Assembly (NCBI GenBank): GCA_011046135.1
Contig: DSBG01000042.1
Location: 10,184 to 74,183, forward strand
Source of the DNA: Deltaproteobacteria bacterium
Lineage (GTDB): Bacteria > Desulfobacterota > Desulfomonilia > UBA1062
Direction of reading: 5' to 3'
Length of the DNA: 64,000 bases
The number at the start of each line of letters is the position of its first letter. Positions within the stretch are counted from its first letter, which is position 1. The translations under genes were made by a program, and so were the position numbers. The notes beneath the pieces were generated by a model, which was not told where the DNA came from, searched no databases, and worked only from the letters and a program-made list of their open reading frames with translations. Shown one piece after another: positions 37,790-47,471 of the stretch.

Positions 37790-40078
37790 ATGAGAGTGCT
37801 CAAGATCATTGCGCTCCTGTTGGTCGTCTGTGTTCTCAGTGTTGGTGGCTGGAGCTACTGGTTTATCTTCCGGGATCTTCCCTCTGTCAAGGAGTTGCGG
37901 GATATCGAACCAACCCGCCTGAGCAAGGTCCTGGCCTCGGATGGGAGCATCCTGGGATACTACCCCCCGGACGGCAGGATCGTGCTTGACGGAAAAAATA
38001 TTCCTCCACTGTTCAAGCAAGCCTTTGTTGCGGCCGAGGATGCGACGTTTTATACCCATGCAGGCCTCGACATGAAGAGGATATTCTCGGCCCTGGTCGC
38101 CGACATCAGGGCAGCCTCCTATGTGCAGGGGGCCTCAACCATAACTCAGCAGGTCATCCGCTCCTACCTCTTGACAAGAGAAAAGACCATTACACGTAAG
38201 ATCAGGGAACTCGTTCTGGCGTTGCGTATCGAACGGACTCTTTCAAAGGAAGAGATACTCAACCTGTACCTCGACCGCATCTATCTCGGTAGCGGTGCGT
38301 ACGGGATCCAGGCTGCCTCCCTGAGGTATTTCGGTAAGGAAAGCAGAGACCTGAATCTCTCGGAAATATCCTTTATTACAGGACTCGCCCCTGCCCCGGC
38401 ACGCTACTCTCCCCTGAATGATTTCAACGCATCGAAAAGACGGCAGTGGTATGTTCTGCAGCGCATGGTTCAGGAGGGATTCATCACCGAGACCGAGGCC
38501 CTCGATGCATACAAGGAACCGCTGAGGATCATCGCAAAGGATATCGCCTTGTTTACCGATGAGCCCTACGTCACCGACTATGTGAGGACTCTGGTTACCC
38601 AGAGATTCGGAGAGGAGGTTTTCTCTCAGGGCATCACCATTCAGACAACCTTGTCTTCCAAACTCCAGGCAGCCGCAGTCAGGGCAGTACGGAAGGGCCT
38701 GATCGATCTCGAGATACGTCAGGGTGAATACCGGGGTGCTGTGAAAGATGTCACCGATGCAGCCAAAGAGAGAATATTTGCCCTCCAGGCAAATCAGATA
38801 ACATGGCAAGGGCTGAAAGAGTATGACCTCTACTGGGCAGAGGTGGTGCAGATCGCGCCGCTGATAGTGAATATCGGAACTCGGAACGTGGAAGTGAACA
38901 AGGAGAGCTTTGCCTGGGTGAATCCCAAGGGGAGCTGGAATCCAGCGGATGTTCTCAGACAGGGGGATCTTGTCCAACTCTGTTTCACCCCGAAAGGCTT
39001 CATTCTTTCACAGCAGCCCCGTGTTCAGGCTGCCCTGGTGGCATTCGATCTCGAAAGATCCGAGGTTGTTTCCCTTGTGGGGGGGTCAGACTATGCGGTG
39101 AGCCAGTTCAACAGAGCGGTTTCTGCCCGAAGGCAGAGTGGATCGGCGATCAAGCCCTTCCTCTATGCCGCGGCGCTCGACAAGGGCATGACAACGGCGA
39201 GCATTATCTTTGACGCGCCCATCACCTTTCGTGAGGAAGAGGAGGAAGAGGCCTGGAGACCCAAGAACTACGAGGATAAATTTTTTGGCCCCACGACGCT
39301 GAGAACAGGGCTTGTCCTGTCGCGCAATGTCGTCACCATAAAGATTCTCAAGGATATCGGGATCGGGTACACACTCAACTATCTGAAGAGATTCAACCTT
39401 GACTCAGAGCTTCCCCGCGATCTCTCGCTGGCCCTGGGATCGGGCGTCGTCACTCCCTTCAACCTGTTCAAAGGATATGCGATGTTCGCAACCTATGGTT
39501 TCCAGTTCGATCCCCACCTGATTAACTCTATTGTGGCTAGTGATGTAGGGCCGATTTTTACCTCACGCACTGACAGGGTATCCGGAATTGAGAAGCCGCC
39601 CTCTGACGAGCAGACCAGGATGTTATCTGAACAGACGGCATACATCATCACCAATATTCTCCAGGAGGTTGTCCAGGAGGGCACAGGTTGGCGCGCACGG
39701 GCACTGAAACGACCCATTGCCGGCAAAACAGGCACGAGCGATAACAATCGGGATGCATGGTTTATCGGATTTACCCCAGGTATGCTCTGCGGAGTATGGG
39801 TGGGGTATGATGACATGATTCCCCTGGGAGAACATGAAACAGGCAGCAGGGCAGCAAGCCCGATTTTCGTCGATTTCATGAGGGTGGCGCTCGAAGACAG
39901 ACCTGTGAGGGACTTCCATGTTCCAGAGGGCGTCGTCTTTGCGCGGGTTGACCTCGAAACAGGCGCTCTTGCCTCTGATGACTCACCAAAGGTGAGGTTT
40001 GAGTGTTTCAAGGAAGGCACCCTGCCTCCTAAAAAGGAGTCCGCGTATCACGAGCGTATGCTCAAGGAGGTCTACTGA
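37790..40078 (+). CDS. mrcA: Class A penicillin-binding protein 1A
   Basis: Start MRVLKII (ATG 37790); AAEDATF, GASTITQQ transglycosylase; SAIK, SRN, KTGT transpeptidase motifs. Confidence 0.95.
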   Translation: MRVLKIIALLLVVCVLSVGGWSYWFIFRDLPSVKELRDIEPTRLSKVLASDGSILGYYPPDGRIVLDGKNIPPLFKQAFVAAEDATFYTHAGLDMKRIFSALVADIRAASYVQGASTITQQVIRSYLLTREKTITRKIRELVLALRIERTLSKEEILNLYLDRIYLGSGAYGIQAASLRYFGKESRDLNLSEISFITGLAPAPARYSPLNDFNASKRRQWYVLQRMVQEGFITETEALDAYKEPLRIIAKDIALFTDEPYVTDYVRTLVTQRFGEEVFSQGITIQTTLSSKLQAAAVRAVRKGLIDLEIRQGEYRGAVKDVTDAAKERIFALQANQITWQGLKEYDLYWAEVVQIAPLIVNIGTRNVEVNKESFAWVNPKGSWNPADVLRQGDLVQLCFTPKGFILSQQPRVQAALVAFDLERSEVVSLVGGSDYAVSQFNRAVSARRQSGSAIKPFLYAAALDKGMTTASIIFDAPITFREEEEEEAWRPKNYEDKFFGPTTLRTGLVLSRNVVTIKILKDIGIGYTLNYLKRFNLDSELPRDLSLALGSGVVTPFNLFKGYAMFATYGFQFDPHLINSIVASDVGPIFTSRTDRVSGIEKPPSDEQTRMLSEQTAYIITNILQEVVQEGTGWRARALKRPIAGKTGTSDNNRDAWFIGFTPGMLCGVWVGYDDMIPLGEHETGSRAASPIFVDFMRVALEDRPVRDFHVPEGVVFARVDLETGALASDDSPKVRFECFKEGTLPPKKESAYHERMLKEVY

Positions 40079-41862
40079 TGCGCACGATGTTCTTGACAGG
40101 AGTATGCCTTCTCTTTCTGACTATCTCGCCAGGTGCAGCAGAGGAGTTTACCCTCGTCAAACGAGCCACGAAACCGGAAGTCACTGCGACGGCTTCCTAC
40201 ACGGTGAAGACGGGTGACACCCTGTGGAAAATTTTGATGGATGACTTTGGTGCAAAGGCCGAGGACCTCCCCTATTTCTACGAGAAAATTCGCGAGGCCA
40301 ATCCTGAAATTGAGGATCTGAACAGGATTCTCGTCGGGCAGAAGATCCTGATTCCCGAAGTGATGCACACAGATCGAGGATTCATGGTCAAACCTGCAGC
40401 GCCTGAAGTGTACGTGATCAAGCAGGGGCAGCATATTGCGATGATTCTCCGGGAGATCTACGGGATTGATGACAGGCAAATATTTACGGAGTACCTCGAC
40501 CTCGTGAAAGAGCTGAATCCCCATCTTGACAATATCGATCACGTCATACCGGGACAGAGGGTCCGCATTCCAGAGATTCGTGAGGTGCACTCAGCGCTGA
40601 AGCGTCAGCCGGAAGTTCGGCCCGATGCTGTGCCTGGGACCTGGGTGACGGAACCTGAGCAACGAAGCGTGATGCTTTCTGAGGGATCTCCCCCTGAGGT
40701 TATTCCAGAATCTGAAGAAAAACTCGTGAGAGAGGAGGAGAAACAGGCTGAAGATCTTGAAGAACAACCCCGTGTTCCCTCCGAACAGGAGCCTCCTCGT
40801 GAATCACCACCGCGCCAGGAAGCAATGGAAGCCGTGACCCCGGACCCCGGTAAAGAGATGCCCTCCGGGGAGCACATATCGGCAGAGGGGAGGGGATCCC
40901 GTGCCTCGGAGAAGCTGATCAAGGATTCTGTAATTCCTGCTCTGAAGGATATGGGAGGCAGACAGAAGGATCAAGGATCATACTTCATGCCCATGGCGGG
41001 GGGCAGCAGCATTACCATAGACACGAACGAGATTCCGGTGATCGAACTCGACACGGGAAAGCGTATTGTCTTCGATATACAGGGGAAGATTTCTCCCGAG
41101 ATCGGCGAGCTCATGGAACAGGCATTCCCTTCATTCAAGGTCGTTTCAGGTCCGGCGGAGAATCTGGAGGCGCTCATGGACCAGGTGCTGCATGTTTCCG
41201 GCTATTTTTCCGTCAACAGGGATGCATCTCCTCTGCTCATCGGGGAAGAGGAAAAGGTGAAGTTATTCGGAAAGTGGATCGTTTACAAAGAATATTCCCG
41301 CCGCTCTGTGTTTGTGATCAATCTTCTCTCCGGGCAGGATGACCAGACGCCCCGGCCTATACGAACCTATGCGTCCCGGTTCGGAATAGACATCATTGAA
41401 CTCGGCGGCAGAAAGAAGCAGCCTGCGCCTGCTCCCGGAGGTCGCCTCACCGCCCTCAAGGGCTCATACACGGCACTGTTCGATCACCTTGGAATTCCGT
41501 ACGAACAGGACAGAGAAATCGAGCTCGTCGCGAGCGAACCGGTTCGGATCGTCTACAACGCACCGATACTCTCAGGCAACGTGATCCTTGCCGAAACCAT
41601 GCCCGAAGAGAGCATCGTCTCTTTCTTGAAAAAGAGAGGATATCGAATCAGGAAGATCGACGTCAATGATCTTGAGGCTGTTCTCCAGGATCTGGGGATG
41701 GTTTTCACTGGCCCACCAGTGTATCTTACCGTGGCCAAGGGCAGGACAGAGATCGAGCTCCCTGCACTCCAGGTAGGGTCCAGCATTATTCTTACAAGAG
41801 CCATCGACAGTGATATCGCCACCTACCTCGCTTCAGCAGGGAAGGATGTCATTTTCTGGTGA
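40078..41862 (+). CDS. Exported protein with two LysM-like domains, Pro/Glu-rich linker and unknown C-terminal domain
   Basis: Signal peptide; YTVKTGDTLW...ILVGQKILIP; YVIKQGQHIA...VIPGQRVRIP. Confidence 0.85.
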   Translation: MRTMFLTGVCLLFLTISPGAAEEFTLVKRATKPEVTATASYTVKTGDTLWKILMDDFGAKAEDLPYFYEKIREANPEIEDLNRILVGQKILIPEVMHTDRGFMVKPAAPEVYVIKQGQHIAMILREIYGIDDRQIFTEYLDLVKELNPHLDNIDHVIPGQRVRIPEIREVHSALKRQPEVRPDAVPGTWVTEPEQRSVMLSEGSPPEVIPESEEKLVREEEKQAEDLEEQPRVPSEQEPPRESPPRQEAMEAVTPDPGKEMPSGEHISAEGRGSRASEKLIKDSVIPALKDMGGRQKDQGSYFMPMAGGSSITIDTNEIPVIELDTGKRIVFDIQGKISPEIGELMEQAFPSFKVVSGPAENLEALMDQVLHVSGYFSVNRDASPLLIGEEEKVKLFGKWIVYKEYSRRSVFVINLLSGQDDQTPRPIRTYASRFGIDIIELGGRKKQPAPAPGGRLTALKGSYTALFDHLGIPYEQDREIELVASEPVRIVYNAPILSGNVILAETMPEESIVSFLKKRGYRIRKIDVNDLEAVLQDLGMVFTGPPVYLTVAKGRTEIELPALQVGSSIILTRAIDSDIATYLASAGKDVIFW

Positions 41863-42201
41863 ACACTGCCCATAGATTCCGGGAGCAGGTGGCCACGGGG
41901 TCATATCGACAGGTTATCTCATAATCCGGACAGCAGGAGAGACAGTTTTCTTGATCCCCCTGCTGTCTGAACACGATTCAGCCCTGCTCGTGAACGTCAA
42001 GAAAACTCTCCCTTGGAATTCAGATCTTGCATGGGGAACATTTTGTCGGAGACCATGGCTCAATTCATTTTCGTGGACGCATAAGAGTTCTTCTCGGGTG
42101 ATCAGGAGAATCGGGTGTTCCTGAATCAGTACAATCAGAAAGACCTGCTCCTCCAGGATGGTGTTCTGGAGAGAATCCTTATCTGTGAAGGAGAGATACT
42201 C

Positions 42202-43710
42202 CTAATGGTAAATCGTCAGCTGATCACCAGGGAAGATCTGGGCGGTGGGCCTGAGCCTGTTCCAGCGCATGATGTCTTGGGCCGTAACCTCAAACTGTTT
42301 GGATATTCCCCAGAGGGTATCGCCTTTCTTGACGCGATACTGTGTTGTTTTAACAGTAGGAGATCCCCGGGGAGCGGCTTTCGGGGGGAGGAAAAGCACC
42401 ATGTCCGGAAAGATGGTATCCGGGTCGCTGATCCTGTTCATCTCGATGAGGTCCTGAACCTCGATGCCATGTTTTTTCGATATGCTCTTGAGAGTTTCAC
42501 CCGCTGCCACCGTGTGGGTGTGCCTGCTCGATACAGGAGCGGGGGACGTTTTGGTCGGGATGATCAGAATTCTTCCCGGGCGAAGGATGTCGTTCACGGC
42601 CATCCTGTTGGTCTGCGCAATCATTCGGGTCGATGTGGCGTGTTTTTTCGCCAGGCCTGAGAGGGTATCACCCCGCTCAATGGTGTGGGTGGTGTAGGTG
42701 ACTGAAGACCTTGAGGCTTCTGCAAGATGAGCGGTGAGTGCCTCACCCGAATTCTTGGGAACCTTGAGAGTATACTGCTTCTTCAGCGGCGGCGTACATT
42801 CTCTGATGAGTTCAGGATTGAGGTGGAGCATGGTGCTCCTGGGTACGTCGAGGATCTCGGCGATCTCGTCAAGATAGAAAAAGGAATTGACGGTCACCGA
42901 GTCGTACTGAAGAATCTCTTTTTCATCTGGTGGGTCCGTGAGTCCATAGGCCTCTCTGTTCTTGGCCATGGTGAGGGTGGCAATGAACTTCGGAACATAC
43001 TCGAGGGTTTCACCCTTGATGGGCATTTCCTGAGAAATGTCCCAGAAGGCCCTGACATGCTCATGGTTTCTCATGATTCTGAAGATGGTGCCTTCACCGG
43101 CATTGTATGCTGCAATGGCAAGGAGCCAGTCATCGAAGATCCGGTGGAGATGTTTCAGGTAGCGTGCCGCTGCAGCAGTGGATTTTTCGAGATCCCTACG
43201 CTCGTCCACCCACCTGTTCATGCTGAGGCCATAGATCCGAGCTGTTCCCGGCATGAACTGCCAGTAGCCTGTTGCTCCTGCGCGTGAAACCGCATGGGCG
43301 TGGCCCCCGCTTTCCACGAGACACAGATAGACGAGATCCCTGGGTAGACCGTGCTGGTCGAGGATGTCCTCCATGATTGGGCGCAGCGTCTCAAACCTGT
43401 TGAGACTGTCTTGGAAATATTTCCGTTCTGCCCCCGAAAAGCGTTGAATCCAATGGTCAGCTCGGGGAGTGATGTCGAAGATGCTATCATAGAGCGTGTC
43501 CGGTTCTTCGAGGAGATCTTCGGAAATTTCTTCATCCCGCTCAATAACAAAATCTTCAAGCCAGGAGGTCTGTACAGATTCCCGATCAGCCTTTTCAGGT
43601 GTATGGATCTCCGGGCTGACTGTCTGCTCGTGGTAGATGGTGTGCGTTGTGTTGGAACAGCCGAACAATGCAAGCCCACACACAAGATACAAAACTGTCC
43701 TCAACCTCAT
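42202..43710 (-). CDS. mltD: Membrane-bound lytic transglycosylase D-like (SLT + 3 LysM, lipoprotein)
   Basis: LFG-C lipobox; VESGG, ATGYWQFMPGT, AAYNAGEG; three LysM repeats. Confidence 0.9.
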   Translation of the reverse strand: MRLRTVLYLVCGLALFGCSNTTHTIYHEQTVSPEIHTPEKADRESVQTSWLEDFVIERDEEISEDLLEEPDTLYDSIFDITPRADHWIQRFSGAERKYFQDSLNRFETLRPIMEDILDQHGLPRDLVYLCLVESGGHAHAVSRAGATGYWQFMPGTARIYGLSMNRWVDERRDLEKSTAAAARYLKHLHRIFDDWLLAIAAYNAGEGTIFRIMRNHEHVRAFWDISQEMPIKGETLEYVPKFIATLTMAKNREAYGLTDPPDEKEILQYDSVTVNSFFYLDEIAEILDVPRSTMLHLNPELIRECTPPLKKQYTLKVPKNSGEALTAHLAEASRSSVTYTTHTIERGDTLSGLAKKHATSTRMIAQTNRMAVNDILRPGRILIIPTKTSPAPVSSRHTHTVAAGETLKSISKKHGIEVQDLIEMNRISDPDTIFPDMVLFLPPKAAPRGSPTVKTTQYRVKKGDTLWGISKQFEVTAQDIMRWNRLRPTAQIFPGDQLTIYH

Positions 43711-43853
43711 ACTGCCATATCACCCTTCAGTTTGTTCGTTTTCTACCGGGAAATGGTGAAACCTTCAACGATTTTTTTCATCTAAAATATCGGAAATTGA
43801 TTGACGATACTTGAATCGATGCTTCGAACTACGGTAAAGGAGATGAGGATACT

Positions 43854-44711
43854 ATGAAACTTCCCGTTGTATACAACAATTCTGCAACTGCACTCATCAG
43901 AAAACTGGATCACCTCCCTGTCCTGAGTAAGGAAGAGGAGTATGCCCTTGCTGTGCGTCTTAAGGAGCATAAGGACATCGATGCGGCTGAGGCGCTCATT
44001 ACAGCAAACCTCAGGAATGTAGTGCATATAGCCATGGACTACTCCGGCTACGGACTGCCCCTGGAAGACATTATTCAGGAAGGGACCATCGGGTTGATGG
44101 TGGCAGTACGGAAATTCGATCCCTCCAAGGGGTACAGGCTTATGACCTATGCAGTCTGGTGGATCAAGGCTATGATTCACGACTACATCCTGAAGTTCTA
44201 TTCACAGGTGAAGCTCGGGACCACAAAGCTCCAGAAGAGACTGTTCTATGGCCTCAACAAACTCTCTGTTGAAGAGGATGTCATGAACAGTGATCTCCAG
44301 GACCAGTCGCAGGCTATTTCAGCACGATTGGATGCTGATCCACAGCAGGTGGAAGAGATTATTACCCGGCTCACGAACAGGGATCAATCCCTGAACAGCC
44401 CCATGGCAGATGGCAGTGATACGAGTTTCATGGACTTTCTGGCAGAAACCCGGGCAAATCCTGAGGACCGGGTCATGGAAGTCCAGAGAACTTCATTCGT
44501 GAAGAAACAGATCGATTATGCCCTGTCAAAACTTTCTCCCAGGGAGCAGGAAATCGCCCGGAAGCGATTGATGGCGGAAACTCCCAAGACCCTCGATGAA
44601 CTCGGCAGGCAATACGACATATCGAAGGAGCGGGTGAGACAGATCGAAAACACGGTGAAGACGAAACTCAAGAAGTCCCTTGCCGGTCAGGCTGAACTGA
44701 TGCTCTCCTGA
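43854..44711 (+). CDS. rpoH: RNA polymerase sigma-32 factor
   Basis: IQEGTIGLMVAVRKFDP, RpoH-box-like QKRLFYGL, ISKERVRQIE. Confidence 0.88.
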   Translation: MKLPVVYNNSATALIRKLDHLPVLSKEEEYALAVRLKEHKDIDAAEALITANLRNVVHIAMDYSGYGLPLEDIIQEGTIGLMVAVRKFDPSKGYRLMTYAVWWIKAMIHDYILKFYSQVKLGTTKLQKRLFYGLNKLSVEEDVMNSDLQDQSQAISARLDADPQQVEEIITRLTNRDQSLNSPMADGSDTSFMDFLAETRANPEDRVMEVQRTSFVKKQIDYALSKLSPREQEIARKRLMAETPKTLDELGRQYDISKERVRQIENTVKTKLKKSLAGQAELMLS

Positions 44712-44782
44712 TCGTGGCAAAAAAGTATCGACGTCATCGTGGCGAATTCTCTGAGAATACGTGGTGTGTGATTGTTCGGAGC

Positions 44783-44805
44783 CCTTCAGAAGGAGACCCT
44801 GAAGG
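44783..44805. terminator. Hairpin between convergent rpoH and rsmG (possible terminator)
   Basis: CCTTCAG/CTGAAGG 7-bp stem, 9-nt loop; no strong U tract. Confidence 0.3.
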
Positions 44806-44886
44806 ATCTTGGCCATCATTGTCGCCCCATACGAAAACTGGAAGTAGTTCTCTTTGAGGAGGATCACCTCGTTCATCAGGAATTCA

Positions 44887-45435
44887 TCACACACTGGTGA
44901 GGGTATATCGGTTCAGGACGAGGTGCTTGCCCGGAGTGCCTTTCGTGATCGCTGCATCGATCCTGAAGGAACCACCCAGGTTGAGTTCCTGGTCCAACGT
45001 GGCAATGTAGTAGAAGCGTCCATTGGTTACGAGAATTCTCAAGAGGGCCTTTTCAAGATTCTTCTGCGGGGAAAAGGCCCGAGAAATAACCGCTTCGTAC
45101 GGTCCGATTCTGGCGCATAGCGGATCTGTCTGCAGTACTTCGATGTCAGCGAGACCAAGGAGATCGATCACATGCTGCAGAAAGGTACTTTTCCCGGCGC
45201 TGCGTTCAATGAGGGTCACCCGTGAATCAGGATGCACGATTTTGTAGGGGATCCCGGGCAGCCCTGATCCTGAACCCAGATCTGCGAGTTCAGGTTCTCT
45301 CACCTGCTCAAGGAGTTCCATGCAGTCGAGAACATGATATTCCAGATCCCTGAGAAACACGGGACTCACCAGGTGAAGCCTCGTGTTGTACCGCCGTATC
45401 TCTTCGATCCAGAGCCTGATCTGGTCCTGCATCAC
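44887..45435 (-). CDS. rsmG: 16S rRNA m7G527 methyltransferase
   Basis: YHVLDC, ADLGSGSGLPGIP, LIERSAGK, ISRAF. Confidence 0.9.
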   Translation of the reverse strand: MMQDQIRLWIEEIRRYNTRLHLVSPVFLRDLEYHVLDCMELLEQVREPELADLGSGSGLPGIPYKIVHPDSRVTLIERSAGKSTFLQHVIDLLGLADIEVLQTDPLCARIGPYEAVISRAFSPQKNLEKALLRILVTNGRFYYIATLDQELNLGGSFRIDAAITKGTPGKHLVLNRYTLTSV

Positions 45436-46754
45436 TTCCCCACACAGAAATCGCTGAACACCAGATCGAGGATGTCCGGGCTTATCTCTTCTCCCGTGAG
45501 TTCCTTCAGTGCCGAATAGGCATCCTGGAGATCGATGGTAATAACGTCTGGTGTCACACCTGCCTGTAAGCCATCGATGCCCGTTTCCAGGCTTCTGAGA
45601 ACCCTGCCCAGAAGTCCGAGGTGCCGTTCAAGAAACACTTCGGGTCGTGCCTCGGGAAAGATTTGCTCCATGATTTTCAGGAGCGAATCGATCCCTGTTG
45701 CGTATTTTGCCGAGATGAACACTACGGGAAAGATCTCTTCGCCACCTACAGGAGGAATCTCTTCAAGGAGGTCCATTTTGTTCATGACGAGGATGGTTTT
45801 TTTCCCCAGGGGTAACCACGTTTTTTCATGAGGCTGTAATCCGGATCGGGCATCCACAACGTAGAGCACGAGGTCGGATGATTCCAATGCCTCAAGGGTA
45901 CGTTCTACCCCCAGTCTTTCCGGGCCTGAAGGGGTTTCCCTGATTCCTGCGGTATCGTGGAAGATGAACTCGAGATCTCCACAGATGAGGTGTTCTGTGA
46001 GTGTATCCCGTGTCGTCCCTTCCTCTTCATGGACGATGGCCCGGGGATATCCCAGGAGGGCATTGAACAGGGATGATTTTCCTGCGTTGGGTAATCCTGC
46101 GATCGTGGTGATAATTCCCCTGCTGAGGACGGTGGCTTCGCGAGAAGATGCGATCATCTCTCGCAGCTCGTCGGTGAGCCGAGAAAGGTCTGTTGTGAGC
46201 ACCTCGGGAGAGAAGGGAGCATCTTCGGTGATGAATGATGCCTCTAGTGATGTGAGAGCCTCTGCGAGGAGGTTTTTCATGGGAACGAACCTCCGTGACA
46301 GCTCTCCCGCGGCGAGCGATTTGGCCAGTTCATATCCGACTGGGGTTCCGGCTCCGATCAAGGCCCCCACGGCTTCAGCCTGGAGCAGGTCGATCTTGCC
46401 GTTCAAAAATGCCCTTTTGGTGAATTCGCCTGGCTGGGCCTTTCGTACGAGACCTGTGCTTTCGATGGAATCCATGATCTTCTGTACGATGAGGGGATTG
46501 CCGTGGCAGCTTATCTCGACCAGGTCTTCCCCGGTGTATGACCGTGGAGTTGGATGAAAGACGCACATGACCTGATCGATGAGTGCCCCCTCTTTGTCGA
46601 GAAGAGCGTTGAGGTGCTGCTCATGGGGAACCAAACCGGCATTAGGCATGATCATGCACAGAATATCCCGGGTGTTCGGTCCGCTCAGGCGGATGATGCT
46701 GATCGCACCGATCCCCCTCGGGGTGGCCTGGGCGTAGATGGTGTCGATACTTAT
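45432..46754 (-). CDS. mnmE: tRNA modification GTPase MnmE (inferred ATA start at 46754)
   Basis: SIDTIYAQATPRGIGAISIIRLSG lies upstream of the track start; SYTGEDLVEISCHG, GLPNAGKSS, GTTRD, DTAGIR, NKMD, FCVGK. Confidence 0.95.
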   Translation of the reverse strand: MSIDTIYAQATPRGIGAISIIRLSGPNTRDILCMIMPNAGLVPHEQHLNALLDKEGALIDQVMCVFHPTPRSYTGEDLVEISCHGNPLIVQKIMDSIESTGLVRKAQPGEFTKRAFLNGKIDLLQAEAVGALIGAGTPVGYELAKSLAAGELSRRFVPMKNLLAEALTSLEASFITEDAPFSPEVLTTDLSRLTDELREMIASSREATVLSRGIITTIAGLPNAGKSSLFNALLGYPRAIVHEEEGTTRDTLTEHLICGDLEFIFHDTAGIRETPSGPERLGVERTLEALESSDLVLYVVDARSGLQPHEKTWLPLGKKTILVMNKMDLLEEIPPVGGEEIFPVVFISAKYATGIDSLLKIMEQIFPEARPEVFLERHLGLLGRVLRSLETGIDGLQAGVTPDVITIDLQDAYSALKELTGEEISPDILDLVFSDFCVGK

Positions 46755-47467
46755 TTCAATGCCTTTCTTGGAACGATAAGAATCTTCTTGTAGAGCCCTT
46801 CACCGATACTCTTGGTGTTTACGCTGCTGTCGTTTTTGAGCGTCAAGTGAATGATGCGTCGGTCATAGGGATTCATTTTCTCCAGAGAGATGGACTGCCC
46901 GGTTTTCTTGGCCTTCTGGCCCATATTGATGGCGATGGACTTCAGGTAACTCATGTGGCGCTGTCGGTATCCCTCAGTGTCCAGTGTGACATAGACCGGC
47001 TCCTGCCGTGTCTTGTTGAGAATTCTGTTCAGGATGAACTGCAGCGCGTCCAGGGTTTGCCCTTGTTTCCCGATAATGATCCCGGAACCGTCCCCGATCA
47101 GCTCAAGAGTTTTGGTATCACGAACCTTGAAAGAGCAGGCAATGTTCATTCGTGCCAGGATCTCGGAAACGATCTCCTGTGCCTTCGTGAGCACCTCATC
47201 ATCGTGTGGGGGTATGCCGGGTGAGGGTTCGCTTTCCGGGGCTGCACGCTCTGGCGCAGTGTCTTCTCCCGGTTGTGCCACTCGTGCAGGGCGGGCTTTG
47301 ATCTTTGCTGTCTTGGCACCCACCAGGCCGAACAGACCTTTGGATCCTTCAGAGAGCACCTGAATTTCGAGGTTCTCGAACGTTGACCTGAATGACTGCA
47401 TCGCCTGTACTATGGCCTCGTCCACGGTTGTTGCTTCGAATTCTCTGTAGTCGTTGTCCATGAGCAT
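46751..47467 (-). CDS. jag: Jag/KhpB (EloR) RNA-binding protein
   Basis: SKGLFGLVG, IIGKQGQTLDALQ (KH), RRIIH (R3H). Confidence 0.95.
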   Translation of the reverse strand: MLMDNDYREFEATTVDEAIVQAMQSFRSTFENLEIQVLSEGSKGLFGLVGAKTAKIKARPARVAQPGEDTAPERAAPESEPSPGIPPHDDEVLTKAQEIVSEILARMNIACSFKVRDTKTLELIGDGSGIIIGKQGQTLDALQFILNRILNKTRQEPVYVTLDTEGYRQRHMSYLKSIAINMGQKAKKTGQSISLEKMNPYDRRIIHLTLKNDSSVNTKSIGEGLYKKILIVPRKALK

Positions 47468-47471
47468 TCTC

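Noticed and set aside
44526-44894. 122-aa minus-strand ORF after rsmG as a parA/mnmG remnant
   Set aside because: No Walker A or GidA motifs; overlaps rpoH antisense by 186 nt
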